Counted from the first letter of the whole stretch, positions 23,006-37,182 are shown. The stretch is DNA of 63,761 nucleotides, filler included, from Octopus bimaculoides (GCF_001194135.2; 3 parts of 3 records of this genome joined end to end with filler, not necessarily neighbours in it), one strand, 5' to 3'. Numbers and translations: made by a program. Notes: generated by a model not told the origin, from the letters alone.

Positions 23006-23819
23006 TACCCATGAGTAAAAAGAAAAATATCTTGAAAATATTTTTAGATGTAAAGGTGTATGATTGAAGGGAATTTGGCTGTTGTTTCTAGCGCATGCCA
23101 AACAAGATGATGCGGGAGTAAGACACAGCGGCTCTCTCGCTGAAGTATAGAAAAAATATTAAGTTAAATTGTTAAGCACCCACCCACGAGTGCATGTATG
23201 TAAGAAAAACACATATTTAGTAACGGAAAAGTATGCAATTAAAATAAATTATCCTTTACATCTTTTTTTAAAAAAAATTACTGTGGATAAATCCCAGCAA
23301 TGGACTCAGTCTCTCCAATATTTTAAAATTAAAAACAGAAACAATAGGAGTGGAGAAATGAAGTCGAAAAATCATAAATGAATTTATTTTTAATAGTATA
23401 AAAGTGTATAATGGGAGTAAAATTATGAAAAACATTTATACATGAAAGTGACAATTAAGCGAGGAAGGTGGTCGTGTGTTGTGCTGGAAACAACAGCTAA
23501 ATCTCCCTTGACCAATGTTGATTAGTAATAACATCGCAGCACTTGTATTTCCGAAGAATAATGAGCAGTCCACCTATCTCTGAATGTGTTTGGAAAATAA
23601 ATGAAGTGCCATTCTTACTTTCAATGGGTTTCTCAAAGGGAAAGATGAATTTATAAACAGATATAGCTCTTAATTTCAGTGGGAAAAAAATATTTTCCTT
23701 TTTTATTTTCAATTAATCCAACTTCCGAACAAGCCGCGAATGACTTTTTCCCCCGCAGTAGAAGAGCAGATGGTGTATCTTCTGTATCTGCATTTGTCGT
23801 ACTTCCCTGGTGATCTTGA

Positions 23820-24470
23820 AGTGGGGTAGATGGAGATATGATTTGGTTGGCTCAATAAAAAATTGGTGTAGCAGATTTTTGTTGTTATTTTTAAATGTTA
23901 AATAAATATCCGGGTAGGTACTGGAGTAGATATTTTAACCGAAAATTTGGCCTTCTGATTCACTCATTGAAATCTCCCTGAAATCGTTTGTGTGCATTTA
24001 TGCTGACAACGGAATGTTCAGAATGGTTTATAGCAAAATGTTTACACCTCAACCTGTTTAAATTCTTGTAGTAACCCCAAGAATTGTAAATAATCAAGCC
24101 AGATTCGAAACATGTTTGAATGAAAGAAATCAGTGTCACTCTGTCACACTTCTGACCAGTTAGAGACACAACAAAACAATGTTCACTGGTTTGCTCTATT
24201 CCAATAAACAAGAAACTTTGCTTGCGATCCAACTTCTCCATCAAATATCAGTGAGGTGTGGATCTGCGAAACTGCGATGGTCTTTCCCCCTTTCCCCTTC
24301 CTTTTTCTACAAAGCTAATTGTTTACACCTGGTTTGGAGCTCATATTCATTGACAATGCACGAAAAAAAAAATGGTAAAGAAAATGCAGCGAGTGGGAGC
24401 AAGATCCAAGGTTCTGACCACACTACCACCTCTGTTCTCTGGATCAAAAAACTCCTTCGTGACAGATAAA
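23820..24470 (-). mobile_element. Merlin (ISXO2/IS1016-like) transposase pseudogene
   Basis: CFVVSL.G..CDRVTLISFIQ..FESGLIIY.SWGYYKNL......HFAINHSEH matches the Merlin pattern CF..V..R...TL...I...I..G..I.SD.W..Y..L....H..VNHS. Downstream YL..YL..F and FL....I.IYP. Confidence 0.7.
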
Positions 24471-25869
24471 AGATTTTCCTCACTGAAATGGAGTAGGGTG
24501 TTTACCTATAAATTTTCCAAAGAAAATATACAAATGAAAAATGAGGACCCTAAGAAGTAACTTCCAGTCTTTTGGTATGCTTTGCTTTTTTTCTGTCAGA
24601 TTTTATTTGTTGGCAAATTTTAGTTTCTGTTGAATGCCCACCACCATAAAAGAGATTGTCTTATTTTTACATCTTTGACTACAATGCGTGCCCCACCACA
24701 ACAGACTCTGAGAAATACACATTTGAAACAAAATTTAATACAAACATGTTTCTGATGTTATAGACTAAGATTACATCAGAATTTGATGTGAAAATTGTTT
24801 TATCAGATTTATTGCGCCAGAAATCTAACCAGTAGATGACATAAGAGAAAATCTCAATGTGCTGAAGGATTCACTTTACACGCTAGAAATAATAGCCTAA
24901 ATCTCCTTCAAACCACATATCACTAATACAATGTTCTTTTTTTTTGCGCATAGTGAGAGGAAAAGCAAAAATAACCTGCAGCTGACGCCAGAGTTTAGTA
25001 ACATTGTAGGCTTCTGTATTGGCCCTAAAGTATTTCTTTATTGAGAGTAAGGCAAAGCATATATAAATCAGAAATGTTCTTCTGTGGATGTATGTTGAAC
25101 GAGAAAAATAACCGTCAGATGACAGAAGAGAAAGATTGCTGGTGGGAAACTTCAAGTGTGTCCAGCTGACACATTGTTTCCGATGCAAATAAGATATGCC
25201 CGTCTCTCATCATTTTCAATCCTATCACACTGACCAGAACACAGATCATTGCCCATCTTCCATGTTCCATTAATGACAGCAGACAGGGTCCAATGTGTAG
25301 ATAACAAATTGCTCCACCCCAGAGGAACAGACATATCAGGTACACTAATATCCATGGTGACCATCAGTGATGAACTCCAGCCAGCTGCTGTAGTCATTTT
25401 ATCATCATACACATTTCAAGTTCTTGTAAATCTTTTGCATAACAAGAACCAACTTACTTGTCACTCAGCGTATTATGTGAGACTTATAATGAGGATGTCT
25501 GCAGATTGTACCAAAGTTAATGAAACTGATTGTAAATAACACATAATATTTCATTATATTGCACCATTAGATGAAGCTTTGTTCTGCACATCATTTTTAC
25601 CATTTCATCATGAATGTGATTTTGGGATATTTGACAGTGTACCTTCCATGTTATTGAGAGAAAATTCGTCTAATTGTTGTATTCACATACATTACATGTT
25701 GTAGGTGTGTAGTATAATCCCTCTATACTTCTACCCTTCTGGAATAATTCAGACTCACAGATCCATATGATTTGTGTGTCACATAGATAACCATGATTCT
25801 CTCACTTTTCATAGTTGAATCTGTTCACGTTTAGTGATCCGTTTTCCTTGTGCTTACTAATGTCATTCC

Positions 25870-26250
25870 TAACTATTCCTGTGAACAATTTCTGATGATT
25901 TTTGATGTCAAACTACACATAATTACAAGATCCCACAGATTTATGTTTTCTTAGCCAGAAAATACTGATCAGTTGCTAACCCTTTACAAGACACTGGTTT
26001 AACTTGTATTAGAGAATTGCTAACACAGCTGAATCAGAACAGTAAGACCACTCTGTCTGTGATTATCCAACTTTCATACACCAACATGTTTCAACCATTT
26101 ACAACAATGGTTCCTCTTCTTAGTACGCTGCATCCATTTAATACCTGATACACCTGCCTTCCTCCCAACCATGTACTATAAAGACCCCACTTCCTCTTCT
26201 TAGTAAGCTGTGTCCATTCCTTTCCTGATACACTTACCTGTCTTCCAATT
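25870..26250 (-). mobile_element. Possible very old RLE-type LINE 3' remnant
   Basis: Minus-strand QVLNGCSVL (compare HI.SGC..L) and NLWD (compare ILWDF) only. Confidence 0.3.
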
Positions 26251-27187
26251 TCTTTTTACATCGATATGGCTTCTCTCTTGTATGAAGACGTTTGTGTATT
26301 GTTAATTGACTACAATGAGAGTCCGAATCACCACAGAAATCACAGTGATGTGACTTTTCTCCTCCATGAACACGTTTGTGTTGTGCTAATGGACAGCTGT
26401 GAGAGAATCACTTACCACAGACATTACAGGACAACGGCTTCTCACCTGTAGGAATAGGTTTATGAGAAACTGATTCTCTACTTTCAGAGAATGATTTACT
26501 GCAGATAACACAGCGATATGGCTTCTCTCCACTAACACTAACAACAAGAACAACAACACTAAAGGTGCTCATGATTACGATAGCAGGAACATACTAGCTA
26601 ATTCAAGAGAAAATTCAGTAAAAAATAAGCTTATTTTGGGGTGTAAAGTTCTATTAACACAGCTACACCCAACACCACCAGCACCACCAATACCATCAAC
26701 AACAACAATAAAGGAGATGATAGCGGTGATGATGATAGTTGAAATGTAAAAATCCCTGGGAACTATTATTTACAACATTTTAAAAAAACAACAACAATTA
26801 CTGCTTTGACCAGAGTCAAAATACAGGTCCCTTGAGATGTTCAACAAACTGTGATGTCTAAACCAAATCTAATCAACTTAAGTAATTGAGTAAAATCACA
26901 CACTGATTGGTCAGATCACAGCTTGCAAAAATTAACATTTGGGAGCCTATACAAATGTATTTAAGGCACGCAGTTTAACCTTCTCACTAGTTATAAATTG
27001 TAAAACATAACAGTCACCATTACTACATGAGCCTGATGAATGCATAGCTTAACGAATAAAAGTACTAGTACAATCAGAATGGACATTTAATACTCTATCA
27101 TTTTATTATATTATACGATTACATTGTAAATAAAAGGTGAAAATCAGACAAGGTTGGAATTTGTTTGAGTAATATATTCCTCTATAA

Positions 27188-27521
27188 GGCGGCGAGATGG
27201 CAGCAGAGACGTTAGCCCGCCGGGCGAAATGCTTAGCGGTATTTCGTCTGCCGTTACGTTCTGAGTTCAAATTCCGCCGAGGTCGACTTTGCCTTTCATC
27301 CTTTCGGGGTCGATTAAATAAGTACCGGTTTCGCACTGGGGTCGATGCAATCGACTTAATCCGTTTGTCTGTCCTTGTTTGTCCACTCTATGTTTAGCCC
27401 CTTGTGGGCAGTAAAGAAATAAGAAACGTTAGCACGCGGGCGAAATGCTTAGCGGTATTTCGTCTGCCACAACGTTCCGAGTTCAAATTCCGCCGAGGTC
27501 GACTTTGCCTTTCATCCTTTC
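27188..27521 (+). mobile_element. tRNA-derived SINE family C: one full copy (27188-27425) followed by a tandem head copy running into a gap
   Basis: Head ggcggcgag.tggcag.., B-box GAGTTCAAATT. The second head starts at about 27421. Reverse-orientation copy at 54105-54302. Confidence 0.9.
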
Positions 27522-27984
27522 NNNNNNNNNNNNNNNNNNNNNNNNNNNNNNNNNNNNNNNNNNNNTTAATTAATTAANNNNNNNNNNNNNNNNNNNNNNN
27601 NNNNNNNNNNNNNNNNNNNNNAATTGAGTTTTTTACCTGTAATTTTGGATTTTGTCCCTAATATTATTATATATATATATGTATGTATTTAAACTAATTG
27701 CAAGATTGTGGTTTCAATTCCCAGACTGAGCAGTACATTGAGTTTTTCAGCAAAACACTTTATCTCACATTGCTCTGTGATCACTTCAACATCTGTCATG
27801 AGGCACACTATGCACTTGTACAAGCAATGATCAGTTTAATGGGGAAAGTGAGCTAATGCACAACATAAACATTTCATCACTATAAACAAATCGTATCTGC
27901 AGATTTTTCAGCAAGAAATTGTAGAACCCTCATAAATTGATATAAATTGGCATGTGTATATGTATATGTGTGAGTATATATACT

Positions 27985-28138
27985 CTCTGAGTGGTTGGCG
28001 TTAGGAAGGGCATCCAGCTGTAGAAACTCTGCCAAATTAGATTGGAGCCTGGTGTTGCCATCCGGTTTCACCAGTCCTCAGTCAAATCGTCCAACCCATG
28101 CTAGCATGGAAAGCGGACGTTAAACGATGATGATGATA
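27985..28138 (+). mobile_element. Isolated 3' tail of the RTE family (other copies at 30935-31205 -, 37445-37605 -; older relatives at 18110-18290 -, 29370-29580 +)
   Basis: Near-identical to the ends of the RTE copies (gtggttggcgttaggaagggcatccagctgtagaaactctgcc...acgttaaacgatgatg). Confidence 0.9.
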
Positions 28139-28154
28139 TATATATATATATATG

Positions 28155-28260
28155 CTAGCAATATAGCCCGGCTTTGCCCAGGGTTAAGTTAGGATTATTA
28201 AGCTAATCAAGTTCTTTATTTGAAACCAAACTAAGTAACATCGACGTCAAATTTGGGCAG
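28155..28260 (-). mobile_element. Probable non-autonomous Helitron 3' terminus
   Basis: Minus strand ccctgggcaaagccgggctatattgCTAG: subterminal GC hairpin plus CTAG, abutting (AT)n. Confidence 0.5.
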
Positions 28261-28929
28261 AAACAGTGTCGCGGAGCGCATGGGTTGGGAGTTTGATCTG
28301 CAGAGGTGATCAGGTTACACATGCCAGCCCTTTGAAAACACCACCTCCATCATCTAACCCCTCTTTGCCCATGGGTTGGGAACACTTCCTGCAAGGAAAA
28401 TTGAATGCCCAAAAGGGCTCCCGATTCTCTGTGTCAGAAGCNNNNNNNNNNNNNNNNNNNNNNNNNNNNNNNNNNNNNNNNNNNNNNNNNNNNNNNNNNN
28501 NNNNNNNNNNNNNNNNNNNNNNNNNNNNNNNNNNNNNNNNNNNNNNNNNNNNNNNNNNNNNNNNNNNNNNNNNNNNNNNNNNNNNNNNNNNNNNNNNNNN
28601 NNNNNNNNNNNNNNNNNNNNNNNNNNNNNNNNNNNNNNNNNNNNNNNNNNNNNNNNNNNNNNNNNNNNNNNNNNNNNNNNNNNNNNNNNNNNNNNNNNNN
28701 NNNNNNNNNNNNNNNNNNNNNNNNNNNNNNNNNNNNNNNNNNNNNNNNNNNNNNNNNNNNNNNNNNNNNNNNNNNNNNNNNNNNNNNNNNNNNNNNNNNN
28801 NNNNNNNNNNNNNNNNNNNNNNNNNNNNNNNNNNNNNNNNNNNNNNNNNNNNNNNNNNNNNNNNNNNNNNNNNNNNNNNNNNNNNNNNNNNNNNNNNNNN
28901 NNNNNNNNNNNNNNNNNNNNNNNNNNNNN

Positions 28930-29009
<80 letters not shown>

Positions 29010-29639
29010 ACATATATTTACACACACATGTATATATATAAATAACAACAGATGGATAATGTATCAATCCACTGCAGCTGTTTCCAACGAATTTTTAATT
29101 AATTAATGGAGGCATTACACTATTAGAGACTCTATTTTTGTCTACACATTTTATTTTCCAGCCTGACCTGGTGCCTTATCATTTAAGTGCCTGATTCACT
29201 CGAATCCTAGTTTATATATTGGGGTAACCAAGAATCTTCTCTACAGTAAGACATCTATTCTCTATCCCTTTATTATACTCTAACCTCTCACGTAGCACAA
29301 AGCCACTTCCTGTGGTTCCATTCCATTGCCCAGCTGAGAGGTCTTCATCTTGCTAGTACTTGGTAACCCCTATTGGTATCAGTGCCATGTTAAAAGCACC
29401 AGTGTTGGTACCACATAAAAAGTACCCAGTACACTCTGTAAAGTGGTTGGCATTAAGAACAGCATCTAGCCATAAGAAATCATGCCAAAGCTGACAATGG
29501 ACCCTGGTGCAGCTGTCTGGCTTGCCAGCTTTTGTCAAACTGTCCAGCCTGTGCCAACATGGAAGACATGTTTAATGATGCGAGTGTATGTGGTTATGTA
29601 TGTGGGTTTAGCCCAGAAAGGCTCTGAAATGGGGCATCT

Positions 29640-30715
29640 TCAAGAAAAATGAATTCCTGCATCTCATCTAGTTTAATTCAATTCCTAATCAGTTGAGATA
29701 TAACTCTCTCTGTAATTTTCATGACCTGATCCAGCAGTTTCATACCTCTGTAATTGTTTCTATCTAAGGCATTACCTTTACCCTTGTAGCAGCTAACTAT
29801 AATGTCTTCCTGAATTACCTGATTAACTATGTGAATGAGTAGGCTGTATTCCATACTACCTGATATTTTAATCATCTCGGCAATGATAGCCGATGGTCCA
29901 GGGGCTTTCCCAGTCTTCATTTTCTTAATTGCCTTATCTATTATGCTGCTAACCACTCTGATGGCTGGCTGGTCTCTCAATTGGTTCAATATTTGAAAGA
30001 CTCTCCTTCTCCTTCTAACCCTTCTCCACATTTAACAACCTTTCATAACATCTCTACACATCTTTCTTCTGAGTCACTAAGTGCAAGCATACCATCATCC
30101 ATTTGCACACATTTCTCACCTACCACATCTCTATTCTCTCTGAACTATATATCCTCTAAACTATATGTCCCTTCCTCCTCTTCCTCTTTATCATCAGAGG
30201 CCTCCAGTAGAATGTCTCTAAATTTTTGTTGGTTTGCTAGGTCTTTGAGCTTCCATAATCTTCTTTTCTATTGTGGATTATGTCTTTGAATCTCTCTAGC
30301 TCTAATTCTGAATTCACTAACTAATAGCCTATGGTGGGATGTACACTCTTCATCTGGGAAGGACTTCACATTTGTGAGCATCTCCTTGTCTGGTGAGGAG
30401 GTAATCAACCTGGCTTATATTCCCACCAGACTGATAAGTAATTAGGTGGCTGGTTGGCTTTCTAAAGTTAGTGTTGCAGATCATAAGATCATTTGCATCA
30501 CAGAACTCAAGTAGCCTTGTACCTTCCTCCTTCATGGTGCCAAAGCCATAACCGCCATGCACACCATGGAATCCATGGGAATGCTGCCCAACATGTCCAT
30601 TAAAGTCACCGGCCACCATAACGAAGTCTCTGTCATTTGTTGTTGTTGTGGTAGTTTGCAAAAGGACCTCATAGAATTGGTCCTTCTGATCACCAGCCTG
30701 TGGAGCAGAGACAAA
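29640..30715 (-). mobile_element. RTE LINE fragment with APE endonuclease and start of RT
   Basis: AGDFNGHVG..GVHGGYGFG....G.RLLEFC.ANDL.ICNTNF.K...HLITY.SG....VDYLL (APE), then MKTGKAPGPS.I.AEM, CYKGKG.ALDRNNYRG. Confidence 0.92.
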
Positions 30716-33464
30716 TGTAATTCTTTTACTCTTTTATTTGTTTGTCATTTGACTACAGCCATGCTGGAGCACCACCTTTAGTTGACCAAATCGACCCCAG
30801 GGCTTATTCTTTGTAAGCTTAGTACTTATTCTATCAGTCTCTTTTGCCGAACTGCTAAGTTACGAGGACACAAACGCACCAACATCGGTTGTCAAGCATT
30901 GGTGGGGGGACAAACACAGACACACAAGTATATACATCATCATCATCGTTTAACGTCCGTTTTCCATGCTAGCATGGGTTGGACAGTTCGACTGGGGTCT
31001 GGGAAGCCAGGAGGCTGCACCAGGCTCCAGTCTGATCTGGCAGTGTTTCTACAGCTGGATGCCCTTCCTAACGCCAGCCACTCCGTGGGTGCTTTTTATG
31101 TGCTACCGCCATAGGGGCGAGAGGAGGCTGGCAACGGCCACAATCAGTTGGTGCTTTTTACATGCCACGGCACGGAAGCCAGTCAAGGCAGTGCTGGCAT
31201 CGGCCATGTATATATATATATATATATATATATATNNNNNNNNNNNNNNNNNNNNNNNNNNNNNNNNNNNNNNNNNNNNNNNNNNNNNNNNNNNNNNNNN
31301 NNNNNNNNNNNNNNNNNNNNNNNNNNNNNNNNNNNNNNNNNNNNNNNNNNNNNNNNNNNNNNNNNNNNNNNNNNNNNNNNNNNNNNNNNNNNNNNNNNNN
31401 NNNNNNNNNNNNNNNNNNNNNNNNNNNNNNNNNNNNNNNNNNNNNNNNNNNNNNNNNNNNNNNNNNNNNNNNNNNNNNNNNNNNNNNNNNNNNNNNNNNN
31501 NNNNNNNNNNNNNNNNNNNNNNNNNNNNNNNNNNNNNNNNNNNNNNNNNNNNNNNNNNNNNNNNNNNNNNNNNNNNNNNNNNNNNNNNNNNNNNNNNNNN
31601 NNNNNNNNNNNNNNNNNNNNNNNNNNNNNNNNNNNNNNNNNNNNNNNNNNNNNNNNNNNNNNNNNNNNNNNNNNNNNNNNNNNNNNNNNNNNNNNNNNNN
31701 NNNNNNNNNNNNNNNNNNNNNNNNNNNNNNNNNNNNNNNNNNNNNNNNNNNNNNNNNNNNNNNNNNNNNNNNNNNNNNNNNNNNNNNNNNNNNNNNNNNN
31801 NNNNNNNNNNNNNNNNNNNNNNNNNNNNNNNNNNNNNNNNNNNNNNNNNNNNNNNNNNNNNNNNNNNNNNNNNNNNNNNNNNNNNNNNNNNNNNNNNNNN
31901 NNNNNNNNNNNNNNNNNNNNNNNNNNNNNNNNNNNNNNNNNNNNNNNNNNNNNNNNNNNNNNNNNNNNNNNNNNNNNNNNNNNNNNNNNNNNNNNNNNNN
32001 NNNNNNNNNNNNNNNNNNNNNNNNNNNNNNNNNNNNNNNNNNNNNNNNNNNNNNNNNNNNNNNNNCTTGAGAGGGGCAACGGGAAGGTAGTCGCTGAAGG
32101 GCTTTTGTTCGTGTTTGAAAAGATCTGTGTAAATGTTTGCCAGATAGTGTAGTGTACATCATGAATCTAATTCATTGAAGTATAATTTTTCTCTCCTTCC
32201 CATACAGTATTCAGATTAAGACCCAGTAAAGAGAAGGGTAAGAAGGGCATGAAAGTAGTCATATATATCCATTTACACATACCCAGTATTAACCTTAGTT
32301 GCTTATACACACATATATCATATTTGTGTACATATACAAACACTACATAGCATGGTATGTATTTTACATATTCATAGAAACACACACACACCTATACATC
32401 CACACATATATACACATATCCATTTACCCACATACACACATGAACATGTAGTTCATATAAACAAACATATAGACATAAATACACCCATATATACATACAC
32501 ACATATGAACATGCAGTCCACACAGGGGTAAGCATAGATGTAAATATATACATATATACCTGTAAGCATATACATATATACTCATAGACATGTACATCCA
32601 CACTAACATATATACATAATGAGGTTCACATGAGTACATACAGACATACAGTAAGCTGACAGGCACACACATTTTTTAAAAAAAGGGATACAGAGAGGGG
32701 AAACCTCTACACACTGACCAGGAGTATGATTACTTAGGGAGAGTCATATACATTTATAATTAAATGGTGGAGGGCAAACATAATGTTTTTGCAAGATGGA
32801 CACTGTTTATAATGTACATTAAGATTCAGAACTTTTACTATAATCATTATTATCAATGTATGCTAAGCCACATAATAATATAGATTAATGTTTCAAGCCA
32901 TATATTATCATATAAACATCGTAGGAGCATATGAAAAACTGTACTGTCCTGTTCTAATATAAAACATAAGAGTATTCGTACTAATCTAATCTACATAATA
33001 AATATGAGAAAATGGCTATTAAGGATGCTGAACAGGAGAGAGACATTAAAGACATTACGTGAAAATAAACTAAGACCAAGATTAAAAACTTAGCTCTTGT
33101 TTTCACTTCCAGCAATAAGAAAATAAAACAAAACAAACTATGTCTATCAATGCAGAACGTTTTTGCATCTATATATATGTGTGTGTGTGTGTGTTCTTAA
33201 TCCATTTGCCCAAAAGATCCTAACATTGCAGTCTTCCCAGTTATGAGGCCCATAACACTGAATGAAAATTGATACAGGATACTGTATCTGGGCTTGTATT
33301 GGGACATCTTTGCTAGTTACTTACCCCATTTCTGTTGACAGTCTTTGAGACACTGACAAATGTCATGAGCACTGCTGCTCTTCTTCCTCTGACTACACAA
33401 TTCAAAAATATATGCATGTGTATATATGTCTGCAGATACACATGTGTGTGTGAACTGATATATA

Positions 33465-33700
33465 CAAGGGAGTGCTGAAAAGTTCCTGGCTTTGGTTAAA
33501 GGAAAATACAGGAGGATCAGTTTATTACGATTTTATTAATCCATTTAGTTTATTATGATTTTATCCCCCTCTGAGATTCACACACTTATTGCAGCAGTTC
33601 TTTAGTTTTTCTAAGCCCTGTAAAAGAACTCAGAAGTTTGGGCCTCCAACCAGGCCTTTCACAAGACCCTTAAAGCCAGGAACTTTTCAGCACCACCTCC
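33465..33700. mobile_element. About 236-bp mariner-derived MITE
   Basis: TIR core gtgctgaaaagttcctggcttt and aaagccaggaacttttcagcac, flanked by TA. Confidence 0.85.
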
Positions 33701-34210
33701 TATATGTCGTGGGAAGGCAGTGAGAGTGTGTGTTCTGTGGATAGATATATGTATGATATATATTTACATGCACCCACACACATGTATGTGTGTCAGGTGT
33801 GACGTGAAACAGCTAAAGGTAATGAGAATAGAATGTAAATAGCTTACAACTATGTTTTGTGTTGCAGTCATTGTTGTTGTACTTTCCCAACCTTTGTGAT
33901 TTTTACTATTAAATATCTGTCCTCACTGTTAATGATGGTCTAAGCTTGTACATAACATCAGAAACCTGTCACACTGCTCTCTTACTTAATCACTATCTCC
34001 TCTCCTCGTCTTTCATTCTAAATTCTGTCTGTCTACCTATTTCTCTCCTTGATTTTCAGCTTATCATATTATTTCAGTTTTATTCCATCTTAATACTCTT
34101 TCAATAGAGAGGTGATGTAATGGAGAAGACAAGCCATCTGGAATAGTAGTAATGTTAAAATAAAAGCTTGAGCAAAGTTGAGAGGAGATACTGGATCTAT
34201 AGATGAGTTT

Positions 34211-34258
<48 letters not shown>

Positions 34259-34806
34259 CACACACACACACACATGCCTGTGAAATATCAGACATTACCC
34301 AAACTTAGCACTATTACAGGGCATAGCCAAGAATAAGATAACAAAGGACCTGCTTAATAACACACCAATACAATCTATTCTAAATCAATAATAGTCTTGC
34401 CAACTGAGTAGAATCTGTGTCACTTTGAAGGTCTAATAAGACTGAAACACCACTTGACTTTGAGACCAAATCCACTCCTCTGATGCATTGCCTGTATTTT
34501 TCAGTTCTTTGATTTTATCTCCCTTGTTTATTATATTTAGATTTTAAACACTTGTAGAGGGAGTTTTCATCAACTAATTGCATAGATAAACTCAGTTAAC
34601 TAGTTTTCAACTCATAATATTAAATATGTAAGAGTGTAGCTGAAGTATTTTCCACTTGACCATAATGTTGATAATAATGTTTTGTGTGTGTTATGTTAAT
34701 AGTGCTGGCCTTGAGTGTAATGGTGAAAACAAATGAGAAAAATCTATGAAGGCAACATTCCAGCAGTCCCTTCATATGCCGGCTAAAATGAACTAAACAA
34801 CATACC

Positions 34807-34846
34807 GGCCATGACGAAGGGAAATAGCCCTGAAACTCGAGTCGCC
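34807..34846 (+). ncRNA. Minimal type I hammerhead-ribozyme-like motif (1-nt insertion in core)
   Basis: GGC-C(a)UGACGA-AGGG aaauag CCCU-GAAAC ucga GUC-GCC. Stems I (3 bp), II (4 bp) and III (2 bp with palindromic loop) are all present. Confidence 0.65.
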
Positions 34847-35540
34847 TTTATATATTTATATTTATATATTTGATCCTTTATATTGAACACTCAATATTTC
34901 ATCTACATTCAATACTTTCTTTCATGGTGCCATCCATTTTTATTTTATTTTATTTTATATTATATATTGTATATTCCATATTCTATACCCCACATTGGTT
35001 CTGCAGGAATATAAATAAAACATAAAAAACAGACAGTGTTGGAACTCTTTTAAACAAAATAATATATTCCTCTATACACAATCATACAAAAAAACCCACC
35101 TTTTTTGTATTTATTTTTACTCGCATATATATATATATATATGTCCACTTTTCCATGCTAGCATAAGGTGATATTGTTAGAGCATTGTTTCATAGACAGA
35201 TACATTTCCTATCAGTAACCTTTATCAGTTTTTCTGGTAAGCAGTATCTTATTCATTATATCTTTGAAGGTGCAAAATCAACAGATGACCTGTTGGCTGG
35301 AGAAATAATAGCAACATCCTGGTTGAGCAATTTCTAAAGATTCGCATATATGCATACACGCATGCATGAACACACACAGATACAGACATATATATAAATA
35401 AATAAATCTCATTTGGATACATTTCATGAGAGTATATTGGTCAGCCTATGAAGTTTGCAGTAGCCAACCCACATATATATACATGTGTGTGTGTGTATAT
35501 ATATACACATTTATATATATATATATATATATATATACAC

Positions 35541-35600
<60 letters not shown>

Positions 35601-36499
35601 CTGAGATACCTGAGTTAATGACTCAGAGAGTTAACAGTAACATCGCAAAGCTCTTTATCTAACTTAGAGTAAATTTTTTCAAAGAAACACTCAGTGAAAT
35701 TTCGGACTGAGAACACTTTGTAAACCTTTTTTTATTTTTCTTCTTTTAAGAATATATTTTTGTTTGCAATCCAAATTTCAAGCATGCAAGTTCAGTTCTG
35801 TAAAACTTTGTACACAAGTTCAAATCTTTTTTTGAATCCCTTTTCAGTTTCTGCTTAAACGTAGTCCTTACTCAAAATTGTAATCCTAAGTGCTAACATG
35901 AAACCCTAACATTAAATGCTGACCCTCAGTGGAGCAAGAAAGCGTGTGATATGAAAGACATGTGTGTAGAGAAAGAGAGAGAGAGCATGAGAGAGGGAGA
36001 AAGATGTGTGTGTGTAGACAGACAGACAGACAGAAAGAGAGAGAGGGACTAAAAAAAAGAATGAGTTTGATCTAATCACAAATATAGTTGTAGGAGTAAG
36101 TTACTTCCATTCATGTGTGTAATGTCATAAGTATATGTGTATACATGTTGAGTAAACCTTTCAACTAAATCATTCCTTTTTCTTAAAGGTGACAGTGTGT
36201 GACATACATACAAACACCCTCAAACACTATTTTCATTAGTTATCATTTTGTCTACTATGACTTGGCTTTGTAAACTGATTGAAAGCATGAGCATGTGTAT
36301 CCCTGGATGACAGCTGTATTAACTTTATTCTGCCACTCCATATTTGTCACTTACACAACTCTCTTCTCCCTTTCTCTGATATCAGTCACTCTCCTTATAC
36401 CACTTCCCTCACACTAACATTCTTGCACACCCTACCTTTACAATTTTGTAAGTTATAAGATATATATATATATATACATATACATGAATCAGCTACTGG

Positions 36500-37182
36500 A
36501 AACTTCATAGGCTGGCTAAGATACTCATGAAATGTATCCAAATGAGGTTTATTTATCAACAGAGACCCCTTGTGGTTCACACACTTCTTCCATCTGTGTT
36601 GCAGTGCTTGGATCTCTTCGGTGAAGAATTTTTTGTCCTGTTGGTTAAAAATGACATCATCAGCAAATGTGATATCTTCATCACTGCGATATTGGTTCCC
36701 AGCAAAGTGGGGTTTTTTTTGTTGTTTTTTTTGTTGGGAACAGATGGGGCCAAATCAGGAGAATGGGCAAGGTGATCAACCAGTTCAAAGTTGAAGTTAC
36801 AACAGCCATTGAAATGAAGGACTCTTGCACTGGAGCATTCTTCTGATGAACCAAGACTCCTTTCATCAGTTTTCCTGGGCGTTTGGTCTTGATAGCTTTT
36901 CATAACTGCCTCAGTGAGTTGGCATAGTATTCTCCATTGATGGTGTGGTCCTCCTGAAGATAGTCAATAAACACAATACTTTTTGCATCCCAAGAAACTG
37001 AGGCCATCACCTTCCCTGCAGATGAAACAATCATGGCCTTCTTTGCAACTTTGGCTCTAAGTGACAAAGACCACACTCGTCTTGGCTTAAGAAACATTCA
37101 AGGAAACCAGCTGGATCTGTCTCAAACAATGTCAGATTTTGCAGTGATGTGATCATCCTGGTGTGCTTTTGATCAGGTGTCT
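36500..37182 (-). mobile_element. Mariner (DD34D-type) transposase pseudogene, copy 1
   Basis: TPDQK, KKA...SAGKVMASV.WDAK.IVFIDYLQ..HTINGEYYA, FELVDH...SPDLAPS. Confidence 0.9.

Noticed and set aside
25115-25539. Overlapping 76-96 aa ORFs in non-repetitive sequence
   Set aside because: No recognisable motif or convincing splice signals.
27566-27578. TTAATTAATTAA embedded in Ns (also at 53622-53633)
   Set aside because: Palindromic spacer with stops in all frames, centred between equal N runs; almost certainly a scaffolding linker, not biology.
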